Source of the DNA: a virus
Taxonomy: Duplodnaviria > Caudoviricetes
Direction: 5' to 3' (one strand)
Virus record (IMG/VR): IMGVR_UViG_3300002894_000009
Span: 1 to 56,036 of that record
Length of the DNA stretch: 56,036 nucleotides
In this document: positions 36,292 through 46,330 of the stretch, piece after piece
Numbering within the stretch: the first letter of the stretch is position 1
Layout of the letters: each line of letters opens with the position of its first letter
Translations under genes and position numbers: made by a program
Notes under the pieces: generated by a model
What the model saw: only the letters and a program-made list of their open reading frames with translations
Told to the model about the DNA's origin: nothing
The model's database searches: none

Positions 36292-37800
36292 GTGGCCGAG
36301 CCGCTGCCCCGCGTCCCGCTGGCGCCCTACGCGCCGGACGTGGCGTCGATCGACGCATCGGTCTGCGCGGTCGCCCGCAATGTCATTCCCCGCGCCGACG
36401 GCTACGCGCCGTTGCCCGGGCCGGAGGCGATCACGGACGCGCTGCCCGACGTCTGCCGCGGCGCGGTGACGGTGACAAGCCCGCTCTTCGGCGTGCCGAT
36501 CTTCTTCGCCGGCACCGGCTCACGGCTCTACCGCTCGAACGGCACCGGCGGCTGGACCGACGTCTCGAACCCGTCGCGGGCCTACGGGATGCCGGCCGAC
36601 GATAGCTGGTCCTTCGCCCTGTACGGTTCGCTTCTGGTCGCGGTGCATCTCGGCGCCCCGCCGCAGGTCATTGACGTAGACAGCGGTGCGAGCTTCCGCG
36701 ATCTCGGCGCGTCGAGCGGTTTCCCGCCGCCGCGGGCCCGCCACGTCGCCGTGGTGCGTGAATACCTCGTGCTTGGCGGGCTCGCAGACGACCGCGGCGC
36801 GGTGCAGTGGTCGGACATCGGCAATCCCGAGTCATGGCCGCTCGGTCAGCAGAACGGCCACGACGGCGATATCCAGATTTTTCCCGACGGCGGCGCGGTC
36901 ACGGCCGTGGTCGGCGGCGAATTTGGCCTCGTCCTGCAGGAACGCACGGTCCGGCGCCTGGACGTGTCGGGCGGCGCCGGCGTGCTCTCGTTCTCGCTGC
37001 TGGAGGAGAACCGCGGATCGGTCTCGCCCTCGGCCGCGGTCCGGGCCGGCCCCCGCGTGTTCTTCGTGGACCGCGACGGCTTCCACGCCTTCCCCTACGC
37101 CGGCAGCGCATCGGTGCCGATCGGCGCCGAGCGGGTCAACCGCACGTTCCTCGACCGTGTGGATCCGAACCGCATCGGCGCGACAGTCGCCATCCGGGAT
37201 GCCACCGGACCGCGGATCCTGTTCGCCTACCGCTTGAAAGGTGCGCCGGCCTCCGATCCGAGCCTTCTCGGCGAGGCCCTGCTCTACGACTGGCTCCTCG
37301 ACCGCTGGACAGGTCCGATCACGGTGACGCTGCGCGCAGGCCTCGCTGCGGCAACCCCGGCGGTGTCGATCGACTCGATACCCGGCTCGGTCGATGATCC
37401 CAGCCAGCTCTCGTTCGATGATCCGAGCTATGCCGGCGGCGTCCCCGCCCTCGGCTACATCACCGCCGACAACCGTCTCGCCTTGCTGACCGGCGCGCCG
37501 CTGGAGGCCCTGATCGAGACGGCGGACATCATGCCGTTTCGGCCGGACCGCGCCTTCGTCCGCGGTGTCCGGCTCGACACGGATGCCGACGACTGGCGGA
37601 TCGCCGTTGGCGGTCGCGAGACGCTGAAGCGCGCCGATCAGGTGGCCTACAAGCCGGAGACGGCCCCGACGGTGGAACGCTTCGCCCCCTGCCGGGTGTC
37701 GGCGCGCTACCATCGCGCCCGCATCCGGATCCCGGCCGGCACCGCCTGGACCTATGCCGTCGGGGTCGAACCCGATGCGACGCGGGAGGGCTTGCGATGA
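36292..37800 (+). CDS. Tail nozzle / DNA-stabilisation protein (beta-propeller, P22 gp10-like position)
   Basis: APD...ARNV-x-P-x-ADGY; VQWSDIGNPESW; FF-x3-DGF; PIG-x-ERV. Confidence 0.75.
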   Translation: MAEPLPRVPLAPYAPDVASIDASVCAVARNVIPRADGYAPLPGPEAITDALPDVCRGAVTVTSPLFGVPIFFAGTGSRLYRSNGTGGWTDVSNPSRAYGMPADDSWSFALYGSLLVAVHLGAPPQVIDVDSGASFRDLGASSGFPPPRARHVAVVREYLVLGGLADDRGAVQWSDIGNPESWPLGQQNGHDGDIQIFPDGGAVTAVVGGEFGLVLQERTVRRLDVSGGAGVLSFSLLEENRGSVSPSAAVRAGPRVFFVDRDGFHAFPYAGSASVPIGAERVNRTFLDRVDPNRIGATVAIRDATGPRILFAYRLKGAPASDPSLLGEALLYDWLLDRWTGPITVTLRAGLAAATPAVSIDSIPGSVDDPSQLSFDDPSYAGGVPALGYITADNRLALLTGAPLEALIETADIMPFRPDRAFVRGVRLDTDADDWRIAVGGRETLKRADQVAYKPETAPTVERFAPCRVSARYHRARIRIPAGTAWTYAVGVEPDATREGLR

Positions 37801-38096
37801 ACCTGCCCGGCCCTCAGGAGACGAACCCCGCCCGCATCGTCTCGGCGCTGCGCGATATGGCGGAGGGGGCGACCAACGCTCTCTCGCGGACCGATGCGGT
37901 GCTCGGCACCGGCACAGCAACCCGTGTCGAATCCCGGCTCTGCGTGCCCGGCGCGCTGGTGACGTTCGCGCCGCTCGACGCGGGCGCCGCCGCCGCCGGC
38001 ATCTTCCTCCAGGAGGCGGCCCGCGGCTTCTTCGTGCTCGGCCATGCGCCGGGCAGCGAGGGGCGCCGGGTGCGGTTCGAGGTTCGCCGCCCGTGA
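37797..38096 (+). CDS. Small tail-associated protein
   Basis: 99 aa, coupled. Confidence 0.6.
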   Translation: MNLPGPQETNPARIVSALRDMAEGATNALSRTDAVLGTGTATRVESRLCVPGALVTFAPLDAGAAAAGIFLQEAARGFFVLGHAPGSEGRRVRFEVRRP

Positions 38097-38503
38097 TCCG
38101 CTTCTACGCCGCCCCGATGGACGCGGTCGGGCTCCTCTGGCCCCTCGTCGAAGGGCACCTCCATCGCGCCTGCGAGCGGGGCGTCGGTGACATCTCGACG
38201 GACACCCTGCGGGCCGAGTGCGAGGGGCACCGAGCCCGTCTGCTCCTGACCTGCGACGGTCCCCGCATCCTCGCCGCGGCGGTGGCCCGCTTCTGCCTCC
38301 AGGCCGACGGCTCGACCGCCTGCGAACTCGTCGCGGCCGGCGGCGGCTCGCTCTCCGCGTGGAAGCACGTCATCCCCGACTTCGAGGCGTGGGCTCGGTT
38401 CCACGGCGCCAAGAGCATCCGCCTTTGCGGCCGCCCGGGCTGGGAGCGCGTCTTCCTCGGCTACCGCCGCCGCCCCCTCGTCTCCCTCGTGAAGGATCTC
38501 TGA
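38093..38503 (+). CDS. GNAT-like virion morphogenesis protein
   Basis: GG-x-L-x2-W...E-x-WAR-x2-G-x3-I-x3-GR-x-GW-x-RV; typical position before ejection proteins. Confidence 0.65.
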   Translation: MIRFYAAPMDAVGLLWPLVEGHLHRACERGVGDISTDTLRAECEGHRARLLLTCDGPRILAAAVARFCLQADGSTACELVAAGGGSLSAWKHVIPDFEAWARFHGAKSIRLCGRPGWERVFLGYRRRPLVSLVKDL

Positions 38504-38505
38504 CC

Positions 38506-39804
38506 ATGCCCGGCGGTGGCGGCTCCAACACCACGACCCAGCAGCAGAGCCAGAAGACGGAGCCGTGGGCTCCGGCGGTCCCGGCGCTGAACGAGATCCT
38601 CGGCGGCGCCACGAAGGCCTATCAGTCTGGCGTCGGCTCGCAGGTCTATGGCGGACAGCGCGTGGCCGGGCTCGGGTCCGACACTCTCGCCGGCCTCGAC
38701 ATGCTGAAGGATGCCGCAACCACGGGCAACGCGACTGCGGGGGCGGCGAACGACCTCGTCGGCGGTCTGGCGCGCTCCGGCGGCACCACGGCGGCGACGC
38801 AGCAGGCCGTGGCGGGCTTCGGCGGGATCAACCCGACCGTGAGCACGGACGGCGTCGGCAGCGCGGTCGCGAAGCTGTCCGATCCGGGCAACATCGCCTC
38901 CACCACCGGAGCGAAGATGGCGGGCGGCGCCTACGCGACGGATACCGCGTCGGTGGCCGGGCTCGCGGGCGACTTCGCGACCGGCACCAGCCAGACCCAG
39001 CGCTCGCTCCAGGATGTGGCCGACGGCAAGTTTCTGGGTGGGGCGAACCCCTTCCTCGACGAGATCATCTCCCGGTCGGGCAACGAGGCAGCCACGAAGG
39101 TCGCGCAGGCGTTCTCGGCCTCGGGCCGCTACGGCTCGGGCCGCTTCGCCGGCGCGACCGCCGATGCCGTGGCCGGGATCGGGTCGAAGCTGCGCTACGA
39201 CGATTACGAGGCGGAGCGCGGTCGGCAGGCCTCGGCCGCCTCGGCGATCGACGCGGCGGGCAACGCGCGCGCCGGGCTCGCCGGCAGCCTGCTCTCGACC
39301 GTCGCGGGCGTGAACACCGGGAACGCGAACATCGCGGCTACCGGCGCCGGCCTCGCGCAAGGCGCGCTCAAGGACTCGCTGGCAGGCGAGACCACGCTCG
39401 CCGGTCTCGACGCCGACAACATCACCCGCCGCCTCACTCAGGCCGGCACCCTGCTCTCGGCGGCACAGGGCGACCGTGCGGCCGGCCTCGCCGCGGCGGG
39501 TCAGGTGCCGACGATCCTCGACGCCCTGGAGCGTGGCGGCCGCACCGTCGGCGCGGTCGGCGCAGCGCAGGACGAGGCGCGGCAGAACGCCCTCGATAGC
39601 GAGCGCGAGGTCTTCGACGAGACGCAGGGCGCGCCCTGGAAGCAACTCGGGCTCTATGCCGGTCTCGTGCAGCCGACCGCCGGTCTCGGCGGCACGTCGG
39701 AAGGCACGACGACCACGAAGACGCCGAAGCCGAGCTTCCTGCAGCAGCTCTTCGGCATGGGCCTCGCGGGCGCGTCCGTCGCCTCGAAGTTCATGGGCCC
39801 TTAG
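38506..39804 (+). CDS. Ejection (DNA transfer) protein 1
   Basis: Gly/Ala-rich; GGG-x3-TTQ...EPW start, NPFL, GRYGS, hydrophobic C-terminus. Confidence 0.75.
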   Translation: MPGGGGSNTTTQQQSQKTEPWAPAVPALNEILGGATKAYQSGVGSQVYGGQRVAGLGSDTLAGLDMLKDAATTGNATAGAANDLVGGLARSGGTTAATQQAVAGFGGINPTVSTDGVGSAVAKLSDPGNIASTTGAKMAGGAYATDTASVAGLAGDFATGTSQTQRSLQDVADGKFLGGANPFLDEIISRSGNEAATKVAQAFSASGRYGSGRFAGATADAVAGIGSKLRYDDYEAERGRQASAASAIDAAGNARAGLAGSLLSTVAGVNTGNANIAATGAGLAQGALKDSLAGETTLAGLDADNITRRLTQAGTLLSAAQGDRAAGLAAAGQVPTILDALERGGRTVGAVGAAQDEARQNALDSEREVFDETQGAPWKQLGLYAGLVQPTAGLGGTSEGTTTTKTPKPSFLQQLFGMGLAGASVASKFMGP

Positions 39805-41462
39805 TGGCCGCCTCCTCGCAAGGAACCCCGCCCGTGAGCGCATCTCCCTTCGGCTTCGGCGCATCCATGGCGCCGGAGGATCTCGCCCGCCTGTTCGGCC
39901 GGATGCCGATCGGCGCGCCGCAGGGCTTCGCGCCCGTCGCTGAGAGCGAGGCCGACGTACAGCGCCTCGAGCGGGCCACCGGCATGGTGCCCCAGTCGAC
40001 TGCGCCCAAGCCCCGCGCCGGCCTCGTTGATGTCGCGCCGGCCACGCGGTCCGGCGCCATGACGGTGCCGCTGCCGCCCGCGCGCCCCGCCGAACTCTCG
40101 ACCTCGGAGGCGGATCTTCCCGCCGCGGGCGCCCAGCCGATCATGGCCGCGCCCGCCCCGACCGTAGCATCGAGCCCGGCCGCGCCAGAGGGCCCGTCCT
40201 TCGGCGACCGCCTCATGAAGGGGCTGAAGGACAACGGCGATTATCTCGGCGCACTCGGTGCCGGCCTGCTCTCGTCCCCGACGTGGCACGGCGGCGTCGC
40301 CGCGGCGATGCAGTTGGCGTCGAAGAGTGACAAGGACCGGGCGGCAACCGATCTGGCAAAGGTCGAACTCGGGCTCAAGCAGCGCAAGCTCGCGCAGGAA
40401 ACGTCGGCTCTCACCGGCAACGCCTCGTTCCTGAAGAAGGTCTATCCGGGGCTCTCCGATCAGGAGGCCATGGCGATGGGTTCGAATAGTTCGGCCCTCA
40501 TGGAAGCCCTCAAGATCTCTCGCGATCCGAACCATGGGCGCGAGAACGATCCGGCGGTGATTCGCGCTAAGGCGCAGGCGCAGGCTGAAGGCGCGGAAGC
40601 CGGCAAGCCCGAGAAGGCGAAGTGGCGGCAGGTGCAGACGCCCGACGGCGGCACGATGCTCTACAACGAGGACGATCCGGCCCAGAACCAGATGCTCGTC
40701 CAGGGCCAGCCGGTGCGGCCGGCGACCGAGGAGGAGCTTCAGCGGTTCGGCATCGCGCCAGGTCAGGGCGTGAAGATGACAGCAAAGGATGGTCCGGTAG
40801 CGATCGGGACGCCGCCGCGCCCGCAGGCCCAGACCTTCGAGCGCTCCGACGGCACGAAGGAGACTCGCGTCCTCAACTCGCGCACGGGTCAATGGGAGGC
40901 GCCCGATCTCGATGGCGGAGCCTCAGCGCCGGCGGCAGGCAATCCCTACGCGACGGGCAAATTCAATAACGAGCAGGGCAAGGCGGCCGGCTTCTCAGAT
41001 CGCATGCTCGGCTCCGAGCAGACGCTGCGCGGGCTGGAAGGGATCAACAGCGGCTTCGGCGGTGGCCTCGCGGGTACCGTGAGCGGCTGGACGCCGAACG
41101 GCATGAAATCGGCTGACCGGCAGCGCTTCGAGCAGGCGAAGCGGGATTTCGTTAACGCTCAGCTCCGCCGCGAGTCGGGTGCCGCGATCTCTCAGAAGGA
41201 GTTCGACAACGCAGATGCGCAGTACTTCCCGCAGCCCGGCGACAGCGCGGATGTGATCGCGCAGAAGCGGACGAACCGGCAGCGTGCGGTGGAGGCAATG
41301 GCCCGCGAGGGCGGCCCCTCGTACCGTCCGCATAGCGTGTTCGACGAGTCGGGCGCGATCGTACCGTATCAGCCGGGCGGCACGCCCTCCCCCGCGCCGC
41401 GCCAGCCCCTCACGCCGGCCAAGCGCCTGCGCTTCGATCCCGCAACCGGAGCCTTCAACTGA
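39804..41462 (+). CDS. Ejection (DNA transfer) protein 2
   Basis: QAKRDF-x-NA-x-LRRESGAAIS-x2-EF...YFPQPGD C-terminal motif. Confidence 0.75.
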   Translation: MAASSQGTPPVSASPFGFGASMAPEDLARLFGRMPIGAPQGFAPVAESEADVQRLERATGMVPQSTAPKPRAGLVDVAPATRSGAMTVPLPPARPAELSTSEADLPAAGAQPIMAAPAPTVASSPAAPEGPSFGDRLMKGLKDNGDYLGALGAGLLSSPTWHGGVAAAMQLASKSDKDRAATDLAKVELGLKQRKLAQETSALTGNASFLKKVYPGLSDQEAMAMGSNSSALMEALKISRDPNHGRENDPAVIRAKAQAQAEGAEAGKPEKAKWRQVQTPDGGTMLYNEDDPAQNQMLVQGQPVRPATEEELQRFGIAPGQGVKMTAKDGPVAIGTPPRPQAQTFERSDGTKETRVLNSRTGQWEAPDLDGGASAPAAGNPYATGKFNNEQGKAAGFSDRMLGSEQTLRGLEGINSGFGGGLAGTVSGWTPNGMKSADRQRFEQAKRDFVNAQLRRESGAAISQKEFDNADAQYFPQPGDSADVIAQKRTNRQRAVEAMAREGGPSYRPHSVFDESGAIVPYQPGGTPSPAPRQPLTPAKRLRFDPATGAFN

Positions 41463-44400
41463 TGGACGTGCCCGATATCGAGGTCGAAGGCCCGGACGGG
41501 CAGGTGTTCGCGTTCCCGTCCGGCACGGCCGATGGCGTGATGCGTACCGCCCTGCTGCGCCACTACCAGGGGGCGGGGAAGACTGCCTCGGCAGCCGATC
41601 CCGCGCCCAGCCCGAGCGCTCCGGCTCCCGCGAACGGCGGAGCTGCCGAAGCCATCGCGCGAGGACTCGTCGATGGCGTGCCGGTCGTCGGCCCCGTCGT
41701 CATGTCGGCGGCGAACAAGCTGGCGGCCGGCATCCGCTCGCTCAAGAACGACACGCGGTTCTCGGACGAGTTGAAGGGCATCGAGCAGCGCGGCGCTCAG
41801 GCTGCCGCTGAAAACCCGTGGTCGAGCACCGGGGCCTCCATGGTCGGTGGCGTGGTCGGCACGCTCCCGCTCGTCGCGGCCGCGCCGGCCGCCTTCGGTG
41901 CCGGTGCTGCGGCCTTGCCCGCACGCATGGTAGCTTCTGGCTTCTCTGGGACCGGACTCGGTGCGGCCGACTCTGCGGTTCGCAGTGATGGCGATATTGG
42001 ATCGGCGGCGACAGGTGCAGCGGTCGGTGGCGCCCTCGGCTTTGCCGGTCCGGCGATCGGAGCTGGTGTCGGCAAGATTGCTGGAGCGCTGACGTCGCGG
42101 GGCCGGTCGGGCGGCCTCGTGAAGGAGGCGCTCGAAGGTGTCTCCGAGAAGGATCTGGAATCCGCGCAGTTCCTCATCGAGCAGGCCCGCAACCTGCCCG
42201 GTGGCGGCGTCGCTCTGACCCTGGACGAGGCGCTGAACGCGGCGACAGGCGGACAGGCGACGCGCGCCTCGCAGCTCGCCCGCGTCGTCGGCAATTCCGG
42301 CGGTGAGGGCGGCCGGATCATGAACGAGTTCTACGCCGCGCGGCCCGCCTCGGTGGACAACGTCGGCAAGAGTGCCTTCGACCGGGTAGCCGAGCCGAAC
42401 CTGAAGCCGACGGAGGTGGGTTTCGACATCCAGGATGCGGCTCGGGCCGGCGTCGCACAGACCCCGGAGGGGCAGGCCCTCAGCGCGGCCCGCCGTGCGC
42501 AGGCGCCTCGGATCACTCCGGAGCAGGCCGGGCAGGCGATCCAGACCGATCTCGGCGGCGTGCGCGCGCTGCGCGAGGCGGCACGGGATGCGCGTGCGAA
42601 CGTCGATTATCGCCTCGCCCGCGAGGCGCCGGAGAATGTCGGCGTCGAGCGGATGATCACGGTGGAGCGGCCTGGCGAGCCGGTCGTGACCCGGCCAGAG
42701 GGCTCGCCGCGCTTCAGCGACGCCGCACCGCGTCCGATGGACCCGCCGCCTGTCGTCGAGTCCTCCGCCGCGGCCGGACCGGAAAGCCTTGCCCGCTTCG
42801 TGGCGCGCTACGGCGGTCTCCGGCTCGACGGCGACGTGCTCGCCACGGATCTTCACCGCTTCAACATCCCCGGTGTCGGCAATGTCGCGCGCGAGGGCGG
42901 CAAGGGCATCGACAACTTCTGGCGCGAGCGGTTGATCGAGGCCGGCTATCTACGCCCCGATCCCGATGGGGGTGCGGCGCGGGACATCACCAACGAGCTC
43001 CTGCGCAAGCTCCAGAATGAGCAGCGCGGCTATCCCAGCTTCCCCGTTGATGATGCGCGGCAGGCCGCGGCCGTGCGCGGGCGGCAGGGGCAGGTGACGG
43101 ACGAATTTCGAGCGGCGCAGTCGCAGGCGGAGAGCAGCCTGGACGAGGCGCTGAGCCGGGCCGGCGTGCCGCCGGAGAGCCTGCACCCGGAGATCCGCAG
43201 CCGCACGGTCGGCGCCCTGATGCGGGGCGAGCACGTCGATCCGCTCGACGCCTACGAGCGCACCGTTGCGGCAATGCGGGAGCCGCCGGCGCCTTACGTG
43301 CGCGGTACGACGATCACCGAGGAGATCCCGGACGTCCGCTTCATGCAGGTCGATCCTCGGCCTGCGCTGGCGGCGGTGGCGGAGCAGGGCCGCTTTGCCA
43401 AGGGCGACGTCCGGAGCGCTCTCGGCTCGGTTGAGCGCAATCTGTTCGAGCCCGGCGGCGACATAGACGGGAGCGTCGAGGGTCTGCTGAAGGCGCGCGA
43501 GCGGCTCGATTTCGATCTCAAGCAGGCCCTGGAGATCGGGGACGGCACGAAGGTGCGCGACCTGACGATCACCCGCAACGCCCTCGACCGGCAGCTCAAG
43601 CAGGTGCCGGAGGTGGCTACGGCCGACGCGAACTATGTCCGGAACTCGGCGCCCCTCGCCTCCTTCGAGCGACCGAACGCGCCGCTGAACCGGGTGACGG
43701 CGCGCGAAAACGTGCCGGGCGGTGAGCCGGGGCCGTTCCGCACCCCGGCGGAGCAGGTGCCGGAGGCGTTCACAGGGCCGACGGCGCTTCGCGAGGCCTT
43801 AGCGAACGGCGGACCTGGGACCCGTGAGGCGGTGGAGCGCCGGTTCTCGACGCAGATCCTCGACGCGGCCACCGACGCGCGAGGCGACGTGTCATCGGAG
43901 GCGCTGCGCACCGCGATGCGAGACAGCGCGGACGTGCTCGACCAGCTTCCGGCGCTCCGGGACCGTCTTTCGAACTTGGTGCTCGCCCGAGAGGGCATGG
44001 CGCGCGTCGAAGCCTCGCCGCTGGGGCAGATCGCCCAACAGCCGGACGTCAAGCATGCGATTTCGGTGCTGTTCCCGAAGAAGCTCGACGTGCTGGCGAA
44101 TTCGCAAGAGGAGATCCGCTCCGCGGTCCAGGCGCTTGCCCGCAACAACCCAAAGGCGGCTCGCGAGACAGTCCGGATCTATCTGGAGACGGTCTTCAAC
44201 GATGCGACGGAGACGACGAAGGGGGTTGCGAAGCTCTATGGCGGCGCCGGCTTCGCCTCGGCCGTCCGGGGCAACGGACAACGGCGCCATAACCTTGAGG
44301 CCGCGGTCCGGGCGCTCCCTGACGGCGATACCCTCTGGACCGGGCTCGACCGGATGCTGACGACGCTGGAGGCGACCGGCTACCGGCCACAGAAGGGGTC

Positions 44401-44770
44401 GGACACGGCCTTCAATCAGGCGATTCAGTCGCGGATGAAGGAGGGCACCGGCGCCGTCGGCCAAGCGATCACGGACGTAGTGTCTGGTGGGGCTGCGGGT
44501 GCGACCGTAGGCGGTCCGGGCGGTGCGCTCGGCGGCGCACTGGTCGGCGCTCGCCGCGGTGGCACGAAGGTCATTCAGGAGATGAGGATCCGGCGAGACG
44601 GCGAGGCGATCGCGCGCATCCTCACCGACCCGCAGGCTATCCCGATGCTGCGCCTGCTCGGAACGCAGAACCCCGGCGGGCGCGGTGCCGAGATCCTGAC
44701 CTCGAAGCTGATCCAGCTTGGTGGACGTGGCGTGTCGTCTGCGGCGCAGCCATCAGCGCCGCCGCGATGA
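41462..44770 (+). CDS. Large ejection (DNA transfer) protein 3
   Basis: 1102 aa; V-x-GPDG-x3-FP-x-GT N-terminus, Gly/Ala hydrophobic segments at both ends. Confidence 0.75.
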   Translation: MDVPDIEVEGPDGQVFAFPSGTADGVMRTALLRHYQGAGKTASAADPAPSPSAPAPANGGAAEAIARGLVDGVPVVGPVVMSAANKLAAGIRSLKNDTRFSDELKGIEQRGAQAAAENPWSSTGASMVGGVVGTLPLVAAAPAAFGAGAAALPARMVASGFSGTGLGAADSAVRSDGDIGSAATGAAVGGALGFAGPAIGAGVGKIAGALTSRGRSGGLVKEALEGVSEKDLESAQFLIEQARNLPGGGVALTLDEALNAATGGQATRASQLARVVGNSGGEGGRIMNEFYAARPASVDNVGKSAFDRVAEPNLKPTEVGFDIQDAARAGVAQTPEGQALSAARRAQAPRITPEQAGQAIQTDLGGVRALREAARDARANVDYRLAREAPENVGVERMITVERPGEPVVTRPEGSPRFSDAAPRPMDPPPVVESSAAAGPESLARFVARYGGLRLDGDVLATDLHRFNIPGVGNVAREGGKGIDNFWRERLIEAGYLRPDPDGGAARDITNELLRKLQNEQRGYPSFPVDDARQAAAVRGRQGQVTDEFRAAQSQAESSLDEALSRAGVPPESLHPEIRSRTVGALMRGEHVDPLDAYERTVAAMREPPAPYVRGTTITEEIPDVRFMQVDPRPALAAVAEQGRFAKGDVRSALGSVERNLFEPGGDIDGSVEGLLKARERLDFDLKQALEIGDGTKVRDLTITRNALDRQLKQVPEVATADANYVRNSAPLASFERPNAPLNRVTARENVPGGEPGPFRTPAEQVPEAFTGPTALREALANGGPGTREAVERRFSTQILDAATDARGDVSSEALRTAMRDSADVLDQLPALRDRLSNLVLAREGMARVEASPLGQIAQQPDVKHAISVLFPKKLDVLANSQEEIRSAVQALARNNPKAARETVRIYLETVFNDATETTKGVAKLYGGAGFASAVRGNGQRRHNLEAAVRALPDGDTLWTGLDRMLTTLEATGYRPQKGSDTAFNQAIQSRMKEGTGAVGQAITDVVSGGAAGATVGGPGGALGGALVGARRGGTKVIQEMRIRRDGEAIARILTDPQAIPMLRLLGTQNPGGRGAEILTSKLIQLGGRGVSSAAQPSAPPR

Positions 44771-44986
44771 GCCCTGGCGGCGATGTTCACGATAGGACCA
44801 AGCGCCTCCAACAGCGGCGAGCGACAATAGGAGTACGAGCACCGCTCCTGCCCCGATCTTCGACGAGGCCCACTCGACCGCATCCGGCACCGTCGCATGC
44901 AGCACGGCTCGAAGAGCCAGCATAGCGGCTGTGAAGAGGACGAGGCAGATAGTGATGTAGAGGATTTTGTTTAGCGCTGGGCGCAC
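44753..44986 (-). CDS. Small two-TM membrane protein (start uncertain)
   Basis: ILYITICLVLFTAAMLAL and AVLVLLLSLAAVGGAW helices; downstream of the Rap1a gene. Confidence 0.5.
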   Translation of the reverse strand: MRPALNKILYITICLVLFTAAMLALRAVLHATVPDAVEWASSKIGAGAVLVLLLSLAAVGGAWSYREHRRQGSSRRR

Positions 44987-45330
44987 GGATACGCTGCCTT
45001 GAAGGACTGAACGATGAAGACCCTCGCGTCCGTATGCAGGAGTTGTGGCGCACGTCGTCCGGCTTCTGTGAAAACGCGGATGTACTGCTCTGGATTCACG
45101 TTGCCGGGCGGGCACCAGAGTTGCTCTTTTTTACCAAGCCTGAATATCTCATGCATGTGAATAAGCCCGGCTATGTAGCCCGTGCAAAGATTGCTGTCTG
45201 CCTCGCATTCCTTGAGCATCATGAGGGCGTTAAATTCATTGGCTCGCAACTTCGAAGGCGGGTAGACCGCCAGCGCAACGGCGATGGCGAAAATGCGTTT
45301 GCGCGAGGAAGCGGAATTCATACCGAACAT
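44971..45330 (-). CDS. Rap1a/Tai-family immunity protein
   Basis: Signal peptide; C...C-x-GY-x2-G...C-x-P...A-x-YPC four-Cys signature. Confidence 0.8.
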   Translation of the reverse strand: MFGMNSASSRKRIFAIAVALAVYPPSKLRANEFNALMMLKECEADSNLCTGYIAGLIHMHEIFRLGKKEQLWCPPGNVNPEQYIRVFTEAGRRAPQLLHTDARVFIVQSFKAAYPCAQR

Positions 45331-45403
45331 CCCGCCACGCTATCACGCCATTCGTTGATGAAAAGCGCCGGCCACCCTCAAGGAGCGGCTCTAGCCTCAT
45401 CGG

Positions 45404-45485
45404 CGACCCCGGGGCGGGATTTGAACCCGCATACTCCTTGGCTTGGAGCCAACCCAAGGCGCTAAACCGGTCGCTACCCGGGACC
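45404..45485 (-). ncRNA. Non-canonical tRNA-like element (or pseudo-tRNA-Trp)
   Basis: TCCCGGG/CCCGGGG acceptor stem, TAGC at 8-11, perfect T-arm GCGGG-TTCAAAT-CCCGC, anticodon arm CCTTGG-GTTGGCTCCAAG-CCAAGG, no encoded CCA end. Confidence 0.7.
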
Positions 45486-45541
45486 TCGTGGTCATCGGTC
45501 CTGCTAGGGCACCTCTACCCACGCCGCGGCGCAAACAATCT

Positions 45542-46330
45542 CTAACTCAGATTTGAGCTTCGGGGAAGATGGAAGTGTCTAGCTCTTAGTTCCAGGCGAG
45601 ACGCGATAGAAACAATATCCCATGTGGATAGCTGCTTAAGCTCGCAGTTTTCATCGGGGGCCGGCCAAATCTGGGTCATTTCAGGCACCTGATAGCTGGA
45701 AACAATGACGTCGTCTAACATGTCTTCCTGGTGGCTAAAGCAGTGCACGAGCAGTCGGCCAATTGAAAACGTAGTGCTTTGTGCATTAGTCACGGCAAAA
45801 GAAGGTGCAGGCGCAGAAATAGTCGGATATATTCCAACGGCTGATACGTGGAACTCGCAGGGAGCGGGCTCCTTCATTGTGGCCATCCAAACCTGCCACC
45901 CCTTGATGGGCTTTATCTCACTCCTGAACCTCGATCTCTGCGTTGCGGTTGTGCAAACAAGTCTAGGGTTCGTGAACTCCATCACGATGGTCATCATCGT
46001 AGCCCACGTTGCCACACAAGTCGCGTCAACCGAATTATTGATTGATGACCCCTCACCCCTGATAATTGGCAGCAGGATGGGCTTCGATCTATTCTGAAGT
46101 GCACTTCCCCAATTATTGTTGCATTTTGCGCACAAAATCCTCAGCTTCTGCTGTAAAAGATCCCTCCGGCGAGTGAGAGGGCCGGATCCTGCTGTGCCGA
46201 ACGATCTAATGGTGTGGGCTGTATGTGAGAAACGCCATGGAACAGAGTCTCTAACCCACCTTGGAAAGATATGCTCTTCGCTTCTGGCCGGTGAATTGCA
46301 ATATATACACTTTTTTGTCGAAAGTTTCAT
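45542..46330 (-). CDS. HNH-type (His-Me finger) nuclease-like moron protein
   Basis: CIYC...SEEHIFPRW...LCAKCNN; visibly AT-richer than flanks; alternative start 46384. Confidence 0.75.
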   Translation of the reverse strand: MKLSTKKCIYCNSPARSEEHIFPRWVRDSVPWRFSHTAHTIRSFGTAGSGPLTRRRDLLQQKLRILCAKCNNNWGSALQNRSKPILLPIIRGEGSSINNSVDATCVATWATMMTIVMEFTNPRLVCTTATQRSRFRSEIKPIKGWQVWMATMKEPAPCEFHVSAVGIYPTISAPAPSFAVTNAQSTTFSIGRLLVHCFSHQEDMLDDVIVSSYQVPEMTQIWPAPDENCELKQLSTWDIVSIASRLELRARHFHLPRSSNLS

